Shown here one piece after another: positions 1 to 8,344 of a DNA stretch of 64,000 nucleotides. The position numbers and the translations under genes were made by a program. The DNA comes from Candidatus Gottesmanbacteria bacterium (GTDB lineage Bacteria > Patescibacteriota > Microgenomatia > UBA10105 > UBA927). Positions within the stretch are counted from its first letter, which is position 1. The number at the start of each line of letters is the position of its first letter. The DNA is taken from positions 235,282 through 299,281 of the forward strand of contig JAHFKK010000001.1 of NCBI GenBank assembly GCA_023245335.1, given 5' to 3'. The notes under the pieces were generated by a model. That model saw nothing but the letters and a program-made list of their open reading frames with translations. It did not search any database and was not told the DNA's origin.

Positions 1-2
1 AC

Positions 3-551
3 ATATTTAAACCCATTGGAAGAAGTGCCCGGCTTGCGCGGACTGGCATTGATGTCGTTGTTCATAAAGCTACAAAACTTCGTACTGAGATACGCAAACG
101 AGGTGAAGAGGCGCTAAGCAGGAAAGCAATTCCTACAGAAAAGAATATAGAAAAGTTTCCCGTCAGTCTTACTGACTATTATCGGAAGCTTGCGGATAAT
201 CCTCTTGTTCAGATGGATAACGAAATGCCCGTTGCAGAAGTTGTCCAGAAAAGCGGTTTAATGGATGCACTACCTAGAAAGCTGATGAGCATATTCGAAC
301 GTGCTGAGTCAGAAGACATAGTGGCTACTTTTTTTGGGCTTGCAGATATGAATGGAAAATGGACGCCAATCGGTGTTGATAACAAAGGAAATTTTATGAA
401 TGGAGTGACTATGTATATAACAGCGGCCCAAGGATTTTGGAGGGAAGTAGATGATCTCTCTAAGAGAGGATTAGTGGTTATTCGTGAGTTAGGTGGAGGA
501 AATAGAGCTGTTGAGCCAACGGCCGCGCTCATTAATTTAATAAAAAGTTAG
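3..551 (+). CDS. hypothetical protein, C-terminal part (reading frame open to the left window edge)
   Basis: Frame 3 has no stop from nt 3 to the TAA at 549-551. The ATG at 213 is internal. No recognisable motif. Confidence 0.45.
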   Translation: MFKPIGRSARLARTGIDVVVHKATKLRTEIRKRGEEALSRKAIPTEKNIEKFPVSLTDYYRKLADNPLVQMDNEMPVAEVVQKSGLMDALPRKLMSIFERAESEDIVATFFGLADMNGKWTPIGVDNKGNFMNGVTMYITAAQGFWREVDDLSKRGLVVIRELGGGNRAVEPTAALINLIKS

Positions 552-562
552 GAGAGAATGGC

Positions 563-2224
563 TTGGTTAAGTTGTGTTCCAATTTCGCCCTACCCTCTCC
601 GCTCATGAAAAGTTCTACGAGGGAGCGACGTTATCCTGTGAAACACCGCGTTCAACATCATTGGGTTTTCCACATACTTTTTACGCTCTGTTTCCTTGTC
701 TTTGTGGCTATAGGTTTGCACGTCTATCGTGACTACGGCGTGTCGATCGATGAATACTCTCAAATTGAATTAGGACGGGTAAATTACGAGCGGGTGGTTT
801 CAGGAAGCGAGGCTCTGAAGACGAACGAAGATCGGTACTACGGCCCAGTGTTTGAAACCGTGCTCTACGGATTGAGTCACGCCGTCCAGAAGCCTCTGCA
901 CATAGATGAGATGAGTAGCAGGCACCTAATTGAATTTCTTTACTTTGCCGCTTCCCTTGTCGTCTTTTATCTATTCTTGTGGAAGATAACCGGGCATCCG
1001 GGATACGGACTTCTCGGAAGCGTTCTTCTTGCCATCTCTCCCAGAATGTTTGCGGAAAGCTTTTATAACAGCAAGGATATGGTATTTCTCTCCACAAGCA
1101 TCTTCGCGCTGTACTCTATGAGCTTTGTGGCAGATCTTTCCTTTCCTGCGGTCATAATTCACGCGGTCGTTTCCGGGTTTGCCATAGCGGTACGCCCCCA
1201 GGGAATGCTCTTGGTTGTCGTGAGTGTCGTAGGCATTTTTCTCATATCCAAAAAAACCATTCTTCAAAAGATACTATGGAGTAGTGCATATATCGTATTG
1301 ACTGTAGTGTCGACTATAGCGTTCTTCCCGGTATTTTGGGATGGGATACCGCAGAATATTGCGGGTTTCCTCCACCGGTCGCTCGATCCCATCGGTGTCC
1401 CGACGTATTACTTCGGGAAGTTCTATACCAGTCCGGGTGTCCCCTGGCACCATCTCGTCGTTTGGATCGGGATTACCAGTCTATTATCCGTTACCGTAAC
1501 CTCGAGTATCGGGCTCGTTTGGTTTCTCTATCGCGCGTACAAAGAGAAACAGCATAGGGCAAAAGCCTCCGGTATGTTTACGCTTCTTTTTCTCATTATT
1601 ATCGGGACCATCGGTGGAGCAATAATTTTTCGTGCGAGGACGTATGACGGATGGCGGCATATTTATTACCTATACCCCAGTATCATCGGATTCTCGGTGT
1701 ATAGCGTGAAACGGTGTATGGATTTGGCGAAGAAAAATAGTAGGATATGGAGCATTATCACCGTGTGCATTTTGGGCCTTTTCGTTTTGGATGGAGTGTC
1801 GGCCGTACGGTTTATGATACGTCATCATCCGAACGAATACGTCTACTTCAACCAGCTTACCGGAGGATACGTACAGGCGAAACGAAATTTCGACTTCGAT
1901 TATTGGGGAATATCTTATAAACAAATTTTATCCTATCTCTTGTCATTGCCCAGGAGGCCGACTAAGGTCTATTTTGTGGAATCGTTCCCCTATGTCCAGT
2001 TTGGGATGGCGCCGGCATTACGCACGCACGGGTTTACTGTCGTCGACTCTCTAACAGAGGCCGATGTAGTTGTGGTCGTGAACCGATACGACAAAACGAT
2101 ACCGTCGGCAGGATTTACTAAGCTGTATGCAGTAGACGTAGAAGGCGCCGATCTTTCGGCGGTGTATGCAACGCGCGCCTATCGGGCTCTATTGAATGAT
2201 AGCCCTAAAATGCAGTACCCTTAA
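563..2224 (+). CDS. polytopic membrane glycosyltransferase, GT-C fold (GT39/ArnT-PMT-like)
   Basis: About 12 hydrophobic helices. A TTG start at 563 sits 8 nt after an AGGAG SD; the alternative ATG is at 605. Confidence 0.6.
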   Translation: MVKLCSNFALPSPLMKSSTRERRYPVKHRVQHHWVFHILFTLCFLVFVAIGLHVYRDYGVSIDEYSQIELGRVNYERVVSGSEALKTNEDRYYGPVFETVLYGLSHAVQKPLHIDEMSSRHLIEFLYFAASLVVFYLFLWKITGHPGYGLLGSVLLAISPRMFAESFYNSKDMVFLSTSIFALYSMSFVADLSFPAVIIHAVVSGFAIAVRPQGMLLVVVSVVGIFLISKKTILQKILWSSAYIVLTVVSTIAFFPVFWDGIPQNIAGFLHRSLDPIGVPTYYFGKFYTSPGVPWHHLVVWIGITSLLSVTVTSSIGLVWFLYRAYKEKQHRAKASGMFTLLFLIIIGTIGGAIIFRARTYDGWRHIYYLYPSIIGFSVYSVKRCMDLAKKNSRIWSIITVCILGLFVLDGVSAVRFMIRHHPNEYVYFNQLTGGYVQAKRNFDFDYWGISYKQILSYLLSLPRRPTKVYFVESFPYVQFGMAPALRTHGFTVVDSLTEADVVVVVNRYDKTIPSAGFTKLYAVDVEGADLSAVYATRAYRALLNDSPKMQYP

Positions 2225-2229
2225 GCACA

Positions 2230-2688
2230 ATGAAACCCGGTGTTGATTACATTGGTGTATCGGTCGGCGCACTTATCCTCAACAAAAAGGGCGAGATATT
2301 CCTTACCAAGCGTGGTTTACAAGCGACCAACGAACGCGGTATGTGGGAGATTCCGGGCGGGAAAGTCCGATTCGGAGAAACACTGCAGGATGCGGTTAAG
2401 CGCGAAATGAAGGAAGAATACGGAGTAGATCTTATTCTCGCGTATCAATTTCCCGCTCAGGATCATCTCATACCTCGCGAGCGTCAGCATTGGGTGCCGA
2501 CATGTTTTGTCGCCCGCGTGAGAGTGGGACAGGCGCCCGTCATACGGGAGCCGGAGAAGTGCACCGAAATCGGTTGGTTTAGCTTAGAACATCTTCCGTC
2601 GCCGCTTTCGATCGTCACCAAGCTCGATCTAGGTGTCTACGGGCACTATCTTGCCGGAGATGATCTATTTTCCTTAAAAACTAAGTAG
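2230..2688 (+). CDS. NUDIX hydrolase
   Basis: Nudix box GGKVRFGETLQDAVKREMKEEYGV. Confidence 0.8.
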   Translation: MKPGVDYIGVSVGALILNKKGEIFLTKRGLQATNERGMWEIPGGKVRFGETLQDAVKREMKEEYGVDLILAYQFPAQDHLIPRERQHWVPTCFVARVRVGQAPVIREPEKCTEIGWFSLEHLPSPLSIVTKLDLGVYGHYLAGDDLFSLKTK

Positions 2689-2702
2689 TCTATACTAGGC
2701 AT

Positions 2703-3224
2703 ATGGATCAAGAAGCAGAAAAACGGGTCTCTTCCTCTGAGGAGGAAGTTATTGCAGAATGGAAGTCTCCCTCCCGATTGTTCAAGAAGCGAGATCGGGA
2801 ATACTTCATCAATATCGGCGCTATTGTGTTTTTACTGTCCGTCATTCTTGTGTTCGCACGGGAGTTTGCGCTGATAGCGACCGTCTTGTCGGTCGTATTT
2901 TTTATATATGTTTTGTCGACCGTACCGCCGGAAGATGTAAAGCACAGAATTATGAGTTTAGGTATCGATAGCGCGGGTCGGTTTTACCGTTGGGAAGAGT
3001 TCGCGGATTTTTGGTTTGAAGAGCAATGGGGCCAAGTGCTCCTGGTCCTTCGCCCCTTTGTTTCTTCCCGACTTATAATTTTACTTGGTGATCAACCAAA
3101 ATCCCGTATCCGGGAATACGTCGCCAAATATATTCCGTTTCGGGAAGAACCTGATCGCAATTGGATCGACAACGCGGCCCGGTGGATGAGCGAGAAGATA
3201 CCGCTCGAGAAACCTCAAAGCTAG
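2703..3224 (+). CDS. hypothetical membrane protein (2 TM)
   Basis: ATG start, two hydrophobic helices, no recognisable motif. Confidence 0.5.
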   Translation: MDQEAEKRVSSSEEEVIAEWKSPSRLFKKRDREYFINIGAIVFLLSVILVFAREFALIATVLSVVFFIYVLSTVPPEDVKHRIMSLGIDSAGRFYRWEEFADFWFEEQWGQVLLVLRPFVSSRLIILLGDQPKSRIREYVAKYIPFREEPDRNWIDNAARWMSEKIPLEKPQS

Positions 3225-3260
3225 CCATATCCAGCAATCCATAGTACAATTATTCCTGTT

Positions 3261-3332
3261 GCCTCCGTAGTTCAACGGATAGAATAGGGGATTGCGGATC
3301 CTCTGATCACAGTTCGATTCTGTGCGGGGGCG
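3261..3332 (+). tRNA. tRNA-Arg (anticodon GCG), CCA not encoded
   Basis: Cloverleaf folded by hand: acceptor GCCTCCG/CGGGGGC, D arm GTTC..GAAT, anticodon loop TTGCGGA, T arm CACAG-TTCGATT-CTGTG. Confidence 0.75.
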
Positions 3333-3342
3333 CTCATGTTTT

Positions 3343-3762
3343 ATGACGATTGCTGTGTGCGGAAGCCTTACTTTTTATAAAGACTTGCGGGATACCCAGC
3401 GGAAACTCGAAGCATTGGGTCACCGCGCTCTTGTTCCCAAAAGCATCAGACTCATGGAGGAAGAAGGCTATCACAAGCCAAAAACGGTTGCCGAGCGACT
3501 TCGGGCGGAAAAGAAATATCATTTCATAGAGGAACATTTCAAAAAGATTGAAACATCAGATGCTATTTTGGTCGTCAATCCGGAAAATCACGGCGTCCCC
3601 GGATATATCGGCGGCAATACGTTTCTTGAGATGGGGGTCGCCTATTATCTCGGAAAGAAAATATTCGTTGTATATCCGCTTCCGCATATGGGGTATGAGC
3701 TGGAGTTAGCTTCCATGTGGCCAACGATCATCAATGGCGACCTGTCCAAAATTTTTCCTTAA
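3343..3762 (+). CDS. nucleoside 2-deoxyribosyltransferase / DNPH1-like (2'-deoxynucleoside 5'-phosphate N-hydrolase superfamily) protein
   Basis: N-terminal VCGS motif and PGYIGGNTFLEMGVAYYLGKK, which resembles the NDT/DNPH1 catalytic Glu segment. The start was moved to the ATG at 3343 to clear the tRNA. A paralog lies at 5037. Confidence 0.55.
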   Translation: MTIAVCGSLTFYKDLRDTQRKLEALGHRALVPKSIRLMEEEGYHKPKTVAERLRAEKKYHFIEEHFKKIETSDAILVVNPENHGVPGYIGGNTFLEMGVAYYLGKKIFVVYPLPHMGYELELASMWPTIINGDLSKIFP

Positions 3763-3792
3763 TACCGGTTCTGACGTATAATTGGAGAGCTT

Positions 3793-3884
3793 GGAAAGGT
3801 GCCGGAGCGGCTAAACGGCCAGGTCTCGAAAACCTTGGGAGTCAGTAATGGCTCACGTGGGTTCAAATCCCACCCTTTCCGCCA
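3793..3884 (+). tRNA. tRNA-Ser (anticodon CGA), type II with long variable arm, CCA encoded
   Basis: Acceptor GGAAAGG/CCTTTCC with G discriminator and CCA. Anticodon loop CTCGAAA. Variable arm GAGTC..GGCTC. T arm GTGGG-TTCAAAT-CCCAC. Confidence 0.7.
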
Positions 3885-3932
3885 AAACCGCATACGCCAC
3901 ACGTTTTGCCGTGATGCTATACGGATATCTCC

Positions 3933-4988
3933 ATGAATACGTTGACAGGCAAACTATTGCAACTTTACCGTCGGCTCCCCCCGGAGTTTCGTAGGCGGTT
4001 CATTACTATCCTGATTATTTTGGGACTTCTGAACGTCGCGGTTTGGATCACCACAATTTTCGTTGCGCCGACAAGCCCGACGCTTCTCGGACTTGTTCTT
4101 TTGGCGTATGGATTGGGTTTACGGCATGCGGTTGATGCGGATCACATCGCGGCGATAGATAATACGACCAGGAAACTCATGAATGACGGTCAACGGCCGG
4201 TCGCAGTAGGATTTTTCTTTTCATTGGGTCATTCCACAATTGTCATTCTTCTTTCGATAATTCTTGCTGTTTCCGCCTCATTTATCACCACAACCTTACC
4301 GTCATTGCGGGATGTCGGATCCATCGTCGGAACAGCAGTGTCGAGCGCATTCTTACTTATGATCGGGATCATAAATCTTGTTACTCTCATTGATGTGTTT
4401 AAGATGTGGTCCCGTGTCACACGGGGGCATGTGCATGACGAGTCAGAAATTCACGCGCATCTCTCGACGAAGGGATTCTTGGCCCGATTATTTATGCCGT
4501 TTTTACGGTCAGTTTCCAAAAGTTGGCACATGTATTTCGTAGGATTTTTGTTCGGATTGGGGTTTGATACGGCAAGCGAGGTGGGACTTCTTAGTCTCTC
4601 GGCCGCAACCGGCTCGCGCGGCATGCCCGTATGGGAGATGGTACTGTTGCCGGCCGCTTTCACCGCCGGTATGTCGCTCATCGATACGTTAGACGGGATT
4701 CTCATGTTGGGAGCATATGGATGGGCCTATCTTAATCCCGTCCGCAAGCTTTATTACAACATGAACATTACGCTCATCTCTGTCATTATCGCCTTATGTA
4801 TAGGAGGTGTAGAAGCGATACAGCTGGTTACGGAACGACTGCATATTTCTGGTGGAGTATTTCGAACAATCCAACAAATGGATTTCGGAAGCTTCGGGTA
4901 TATCATTATCGCAGCATTTATCATAAGCTGGATAATTTCTGTAGTGATATATAAAGTAAAAGGCTATGACCGGATACATATAAAATAG
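3933..4988 (+). CDS. HoxN/HupN/NixA-family nickel/cobalt transporter
   Basis: Signature GLRHAVDADHIAAIDN and 8 TM segments. Confidence 0.8.
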   Translation: MNTLTGKLLQLYRRLPPEFRRRFITILIILGLLNVAVWITTIFVAPTSPTLLGLVLLAYGLGLRHAVDADHIAAIDNTTRKLMNDGQRPVAVGFFFSLGHSTIVILLSIILAVSASFITTTLPSLRDVGSIVGTAVSSAFLLMIGIINLVTLIDVFKMWSRVTRGHVHDESEIHAHLSTKGFLARLFMPFLRSVSKSWHMYFVGFLFGLGFDTASEVGLLSLSAATGSRGMPVWEMVLLPAAFTAGMSLIDTLDGILMLGAYGWAYLNPVRKLYYNMNITLISVIIALCIGGVEAIQLVTERLHISGGVFRTIQQMDFGSFGYIIIAAFIISWIISVVIYKVKGYDRIHIK

Positions 4989-5036
4989 GGATATAATACG
5001 GGTAGGAGATCTTGTCGGTATGGCAAAAAGAATCAT

Positions 5037-5453
5037 ATGACAATCACGATTTGCGGAAGTATGCAGTTTCACAAAGAAATGGGTGACGTCCGTGAAAAAT
5101 TACAGGCGAAAGGATTTACGGTATATGTTCCGGGAGAGCTGGATGATCTGGAACACAACGAATCCTATATGTCGACCGATGAAGAGCGGATTACGGCTAA
5201 GATAGAATACGATTTTATCCGCGAGCATTTTCATAGGATCGAACAGGCAGATGCGATCCTTATCCTGAATTATGAGAAGAAACATATTCCCGGTTACATC
5301 GGCGGCAATACATTTCTGGAAATGGGATATGCCTTCGGATTGGGGAAAAAAGTCTATTTACTCAATCCCGTACCGGACATGGATTACAAGACGGAGATGC
5401 ATGCAATACAACCGATAATCATCGATGGAGATTTAGAAAAGATTGATCACTAG
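5037..5453 (+). CDS. nucleoside 2-deoxyribosyltransferase / DNPH1-like protein (paralog of 3343..3762)
   Basis: ICGS motif and IPGYIGGNTFLEMGYAFGLGKKVYLL. About 35-40% identical to 3343..3762. Confidence 0.55.
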   Translation: MTITICGSMQFHKEMGDVREKLQAKGFTVYVPGELDDLEHNESYMSTDEERITAKIEYDFIREHFHRIEQADAILILNYEKKHIPGYIGGNTFLEMGYAFGLGKKVYLLNPVPDMDYKTEMHAIQPIIIDGDLEKIDH

Positions 5454-7519
5454 CGCACCGTATCCTGACCGTCTTTTTTATTCACCTCAAGAAGCGTCCT
5501 CACTATGTTTCCCTTTTCGTCTGTCATCACGAGAGCGCCACCGTTTATTCCTTTGAGGATCGAATTTTTTTCCAGTTCGGCTCCCGATTGTCCACCGTAG
5601 GTGGTCGTGGTATAGAGCCGTGAACAGCATTCGGTAAACTGCGTATTAATGACCCCGCCAACGTCAAAAATCGCGCTCCCATGGTTAAATCTCCCGAGTG
5701 CAGGCGTCAAGGTTATGCCGGGAAATGCCGCCAGCGTTTTGCGTTGCATGGGCGTCAGCGGGAGAGGCGGTACGCCGATTGCGATTGGGATGGTAGTCAA
5801 CGCGTTACCGTAGATACGCTGATGAATATAGACCGCGGCTATCTTTCCGTCAAATATGCCTTCAAGGTATTTGAGCATTATGGCTTCTTGTCGGGGATTA
5901 ATCGCTTTCTGTGTCACCCAAATCATGTCGCTCGGGACGTCTTCAGCGATTGCCGCTCCATCGCTTGCAAGTAACCCGCCCCGGCGGGCCGGCTCTATAG
6001 TGGTACGAAGGCGTCGATTTACCGTGAGGTCGTGAATCATCATCGACCAATCCCATGGTACCCGCCAGCGCCCGTCTTCTTCGACGAGCGGGATATCGTG
6101 TTCTTCGGTAAACGGTCCAAGGTTTCTTGTGTAGTAGGTGACCGCGACATGCATCATTTGGCGGGGGACAAATCGCTGCCAGGTCGTGGGTGTGACCCGC
6201 ATGCCGATCGACTCGATTTGGGCATCGGCAAATGTGGTCATGGCAAAGGTACGGAAATCGATGCTATCCCAACGGGTTTGACGGTTTTTTGTAATGTCTT
6301 TATACATGTCCTGAAAAAACATATGTTCCCAGTTGTATGCAATCTGGTTTACTGTGGCTTCGGGGGTAGGAAACAAGATGGGAATACTTGCCGTGACATT
6401 GCAACAGAGAAAAAGAGCGATAATACTTACCTGGAGCTTTTTGGAAAGCGGAGCGATGACCGATGCGGCGATGAGATAGAGAAGCGGAAGAAGAAGCACA
6501 AAATACCGGGTCCAGAATGGCACGACGTCATATATGACAATTGTGGTGAGTGCTATCGAGGTCACGAGCATCCATCGGATGTTTTTACTTTTCAGACTAC
6601 GAATACCCCCGAGAATGCTTGCAAGCGTAATACCGGTCCATGCGAGACTCCAGTGGGAAGCCGTGGTCCACTCCCTGGAAAAAATGTTTTGGCTTTTGCC
6701 GACGAGGAGATTAGCCAGAGCGCTCCCCCACGTGGGCGTCAGCCGCGCGTGGCGATAGAACGAAATAATCCATTTTTGTACGCGCAACCAGTCAAGGAGA
6801 GAGTGCCCCATAAGAAAGTATGGGACATATGGAAGTATGTATCCTGCGGCGATGCCACAGCCAAACCAGATAATAGGGAGGACTGAGCGGTAGGTCATCC
6901 ATATATATGCCGTGCCAAGGAGGGTGAAAAACGGCGTGAGGATCGGAAATTTGGTTTCCGAAAATAATCCCAACGTCACGCCCGCAAGAAGGGGTAGCAG
7001 GCGTGCGTTCCTTTTTCCCGTCCTGACAAGCATCCATAGAAATAAAAGAAAGAAGACTGCTTGTATGCTGTCAAGCATCGTCAGGGGGAATTGTGAGGTG
7101 ATAAGAGGATCTGTGGCGATAAGCGCCGTTATCCCAAGCGCGAGGAAGCGATTCCGAAGAAGTGCTTGGGAGAGCGCGAAACTCAGGATGAGGATAAGAG
7201 AGGTTGAAAGGAATCCATAGACGTATCCGTTGTCGAAAAGCTGGATACTGCTGCCTATGAGATATTTCCCCAACGGCGGCGCCTCGGCGTTTATGAGGGT
7301 GGGGTCGGCGCCGTGGATGAGCCGATACCCGACCCAAAGATATAAGCCGTCATCACCAATGGTCCGTACGGACAATGGGAGTACCCACTGAGAATGCTCA
7401 AATTTATCTTTCCAATAGGTCGAGTCAAATGAAGAAAAAAATATAGCCCGGTTTGTGTAAACAACGAGTGCAAGGTAGATAAGTAAGAAGCCAATAAGTC
7501 CTCGGGAAATCCACCGCAT
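5450..7519 (-). CDS. fusion protein: N-terminal GT39/ArnT-PMT-like polytopic glycosyltransferase domain + C-terminal class-B PBP pedestal (non-penicillin-binding dimerisation) domain; no transpeptidase domain
   Basis: N-terminal IGDDGLYLWVGYRL...APPLGKYLIG (GT39 loop-1 motifs). C-terminal RRGGLLASDGAAIA and GQSGAELEKNSILKGINGGALVMTDEKGNIVRTLLEV, matching the PBP2/FtsI N-terminal RGxIxDRNG and GxxGxExxxxxxLxGxxG...RGRVIRxLKEV blocks. The ORF stops immediately after. Confidence 0.55.
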   Translation of the reverse strand: MRWISRGLIGFLLIYLALVVYTNRAIFFSSFDSTYWKDKFEHSQWVLPLSVRTIGDDGLYLWVGYRLIHGADPTLINAEAPPLGKYLIGSSIQLFDNGYVYGFLSTSLILILSFALSQALLRNRFLALGITALIATDPLITSQFPLTMLDSIQAVFFLLFLWMLVRTGKRNARLLPLLAGVTLGLFSETKFPILTPFFTLLGTAYIWMTYRSVLPIIWFGCGIAAGYILPYVPYFLMGHSLLDWLRVQKWIISFYRHARLTPTWGSALANLLVGKSQNIFSREWTTASHWSLAWTGITLASILGGIRSLKSKNIRWMLVTSIALTTIVIYDVVPFWTRYFVLLLPLLYLIAASVIAPLSKKLQVSIIALFLCCNVTASIPILFPTPEATVNQIAYNWEHMFFQDMYKDITKNRQTRWDSIDFRTFAMTTFADAQIESIGMRVTPTTWQRFVPRQMMHVAVTYYTRNLGPFTEEHDIPLVEEDGRWRVPWDWSMMIHDLTVNRRLRTTIEPARRGGLLASDGAAIAEDVPSDMIWVTQKAINPRQEAIMLKYLEGIFDGKIAAVYIHQRIYGNALTTIPIAIGVPPLPLTPMQRKTLAAFPGITLTPALGRFNHGSAIFDVGGVINTQFTECCSRLYTTTTYGGQSGAELEKNSILKGINGGALVMTDEKGNIVRTLLEVNKKDGQDTVR

Positions 7520-7572
7520 ACGATTGGTATTGTAGCAGGAAGATCGATCGGGCGGTATAATACAGTGACTCT

Positions 7573-7644
7573 GCTTCTGTAGTTCAATGGATAGAATGCG
7601 GCCCTCCGAAGGCTGTGATTGCAGTTCGACTCTGCACAGAAGCG
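7573..7644 (+). tRNA. tRNA-Arg (anticodon CCG), CCA not encoded
   Basis: Acceptor GCTTCTG/CAGAAGC, anticodon loop CTCCGAA, T arm TGCAG-TTCGACT-CTGCA. Confidence 0.75.
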
Positions 7645-7684
7645 CAAAGAAGTCTCATAAAGATAACCTATCGAAGTAAGCCAC

Positions 7685-8344
7685 ATGAAAATACGCGTCG
7701 GAATACTTGCTATTGGTGTTGTCGTGGTTTTGGGTGGAATCATCGGTACGCGAAGGTCGGTTCCCTTTGTATCACCGCGTATTATTGATCAGTGTCCGGG
7801 TGAGAATCGTCCGCCGTTTGATAAAAAAAGTGCAACCATTCAAAAGCTCAACGGAATGTGGACAGTCACCCATCCGCAATATAATTTTTCCTTCATATTT
7901 CCGGATGACGGATGGCGCCTTGAGGAAAATACAATTCAGGATGTGGAAGAGCCCATCAGTACGCCAGGATATCTCTACACATTTTTGTTGCGATATGATC
8001 CTCCCGGCGACAGTTCCCGCCGGGCGGTAAAGGATGTACGCTTTCTCGTGTATCCGTCTTGGTGTAATTCACCGACCCAATGGGCGCAGTTTTTCGTAAG
8101 TCAGGGTTGGCACAATCCGACACCCGTGATATTTACCACGCCCGGTCCTCAATGGACGTCTCTTTCCCGGGAAGACAGCGGGAGAAGCATGCGCATGTAT
8201 ATAGCTCATTTGGGAATTCTCCAGTATGCATTTGTCCTTTCGTGGGATGTGACCAATGATAAGAATATACATGAGGAAGACCTACTTGGGATGGTCAAGA
8301 GTTTCCAGTTTATGAAAGGAGTATCTCATGAGACGCCCCGGTAA
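7685..8344 (+). CDS. hypothetical secreted protein (N-terminal signal/anchor)
   Basis: ATG start and an N-terminal hydrophobic segment. Confidence 0.5.
   Translation: MKIRVGILAIGVVVVLGGIIGTRRSVPFVSPRIIDQCPGENRPPFDKKSATIQKLNGMWTVTHPQYNFSFIFPDDGWRLEENTIQDVEEPISTPGYLYTFLLRYDPPGDSSRRAVKDVRFLVYPSWCNSPTQWAQFFVSQGWHNPTPVIFTTPGPQWTSLSREDSGRSMRMYIAHLGILQYAFVLSWDVTNDKNIHEEDLLGMVKSFQFMKGVSHETPR

Noticed and set aside
558-608. A 16-codon ORF (ATG 558) preceded by AGGAGAGA, whose TGA overlaps the ATG at 605 (ATGA) of the GT-C gene. Considered as a coupled leader peptide.
   Set aside because: The same SD is positioned 8 nt before the in-frame TTG at 563, a better spacing. The simpler explanation is that the GT-C gene starts at TTG 563 and the short out-of-frame ORF is incidental.
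6032-6886. A 284-aa plus-strand ORF (with others at 5681, 6534, 6912) inside the 5450..7519 gene.
   Set aside because: It is antisense to a gene with recognisable conserved motifs, shows no motif of its own, and is Arg/Cys-rich in the way typical of reverse-strand shadows of GC-moderate coding DNA.
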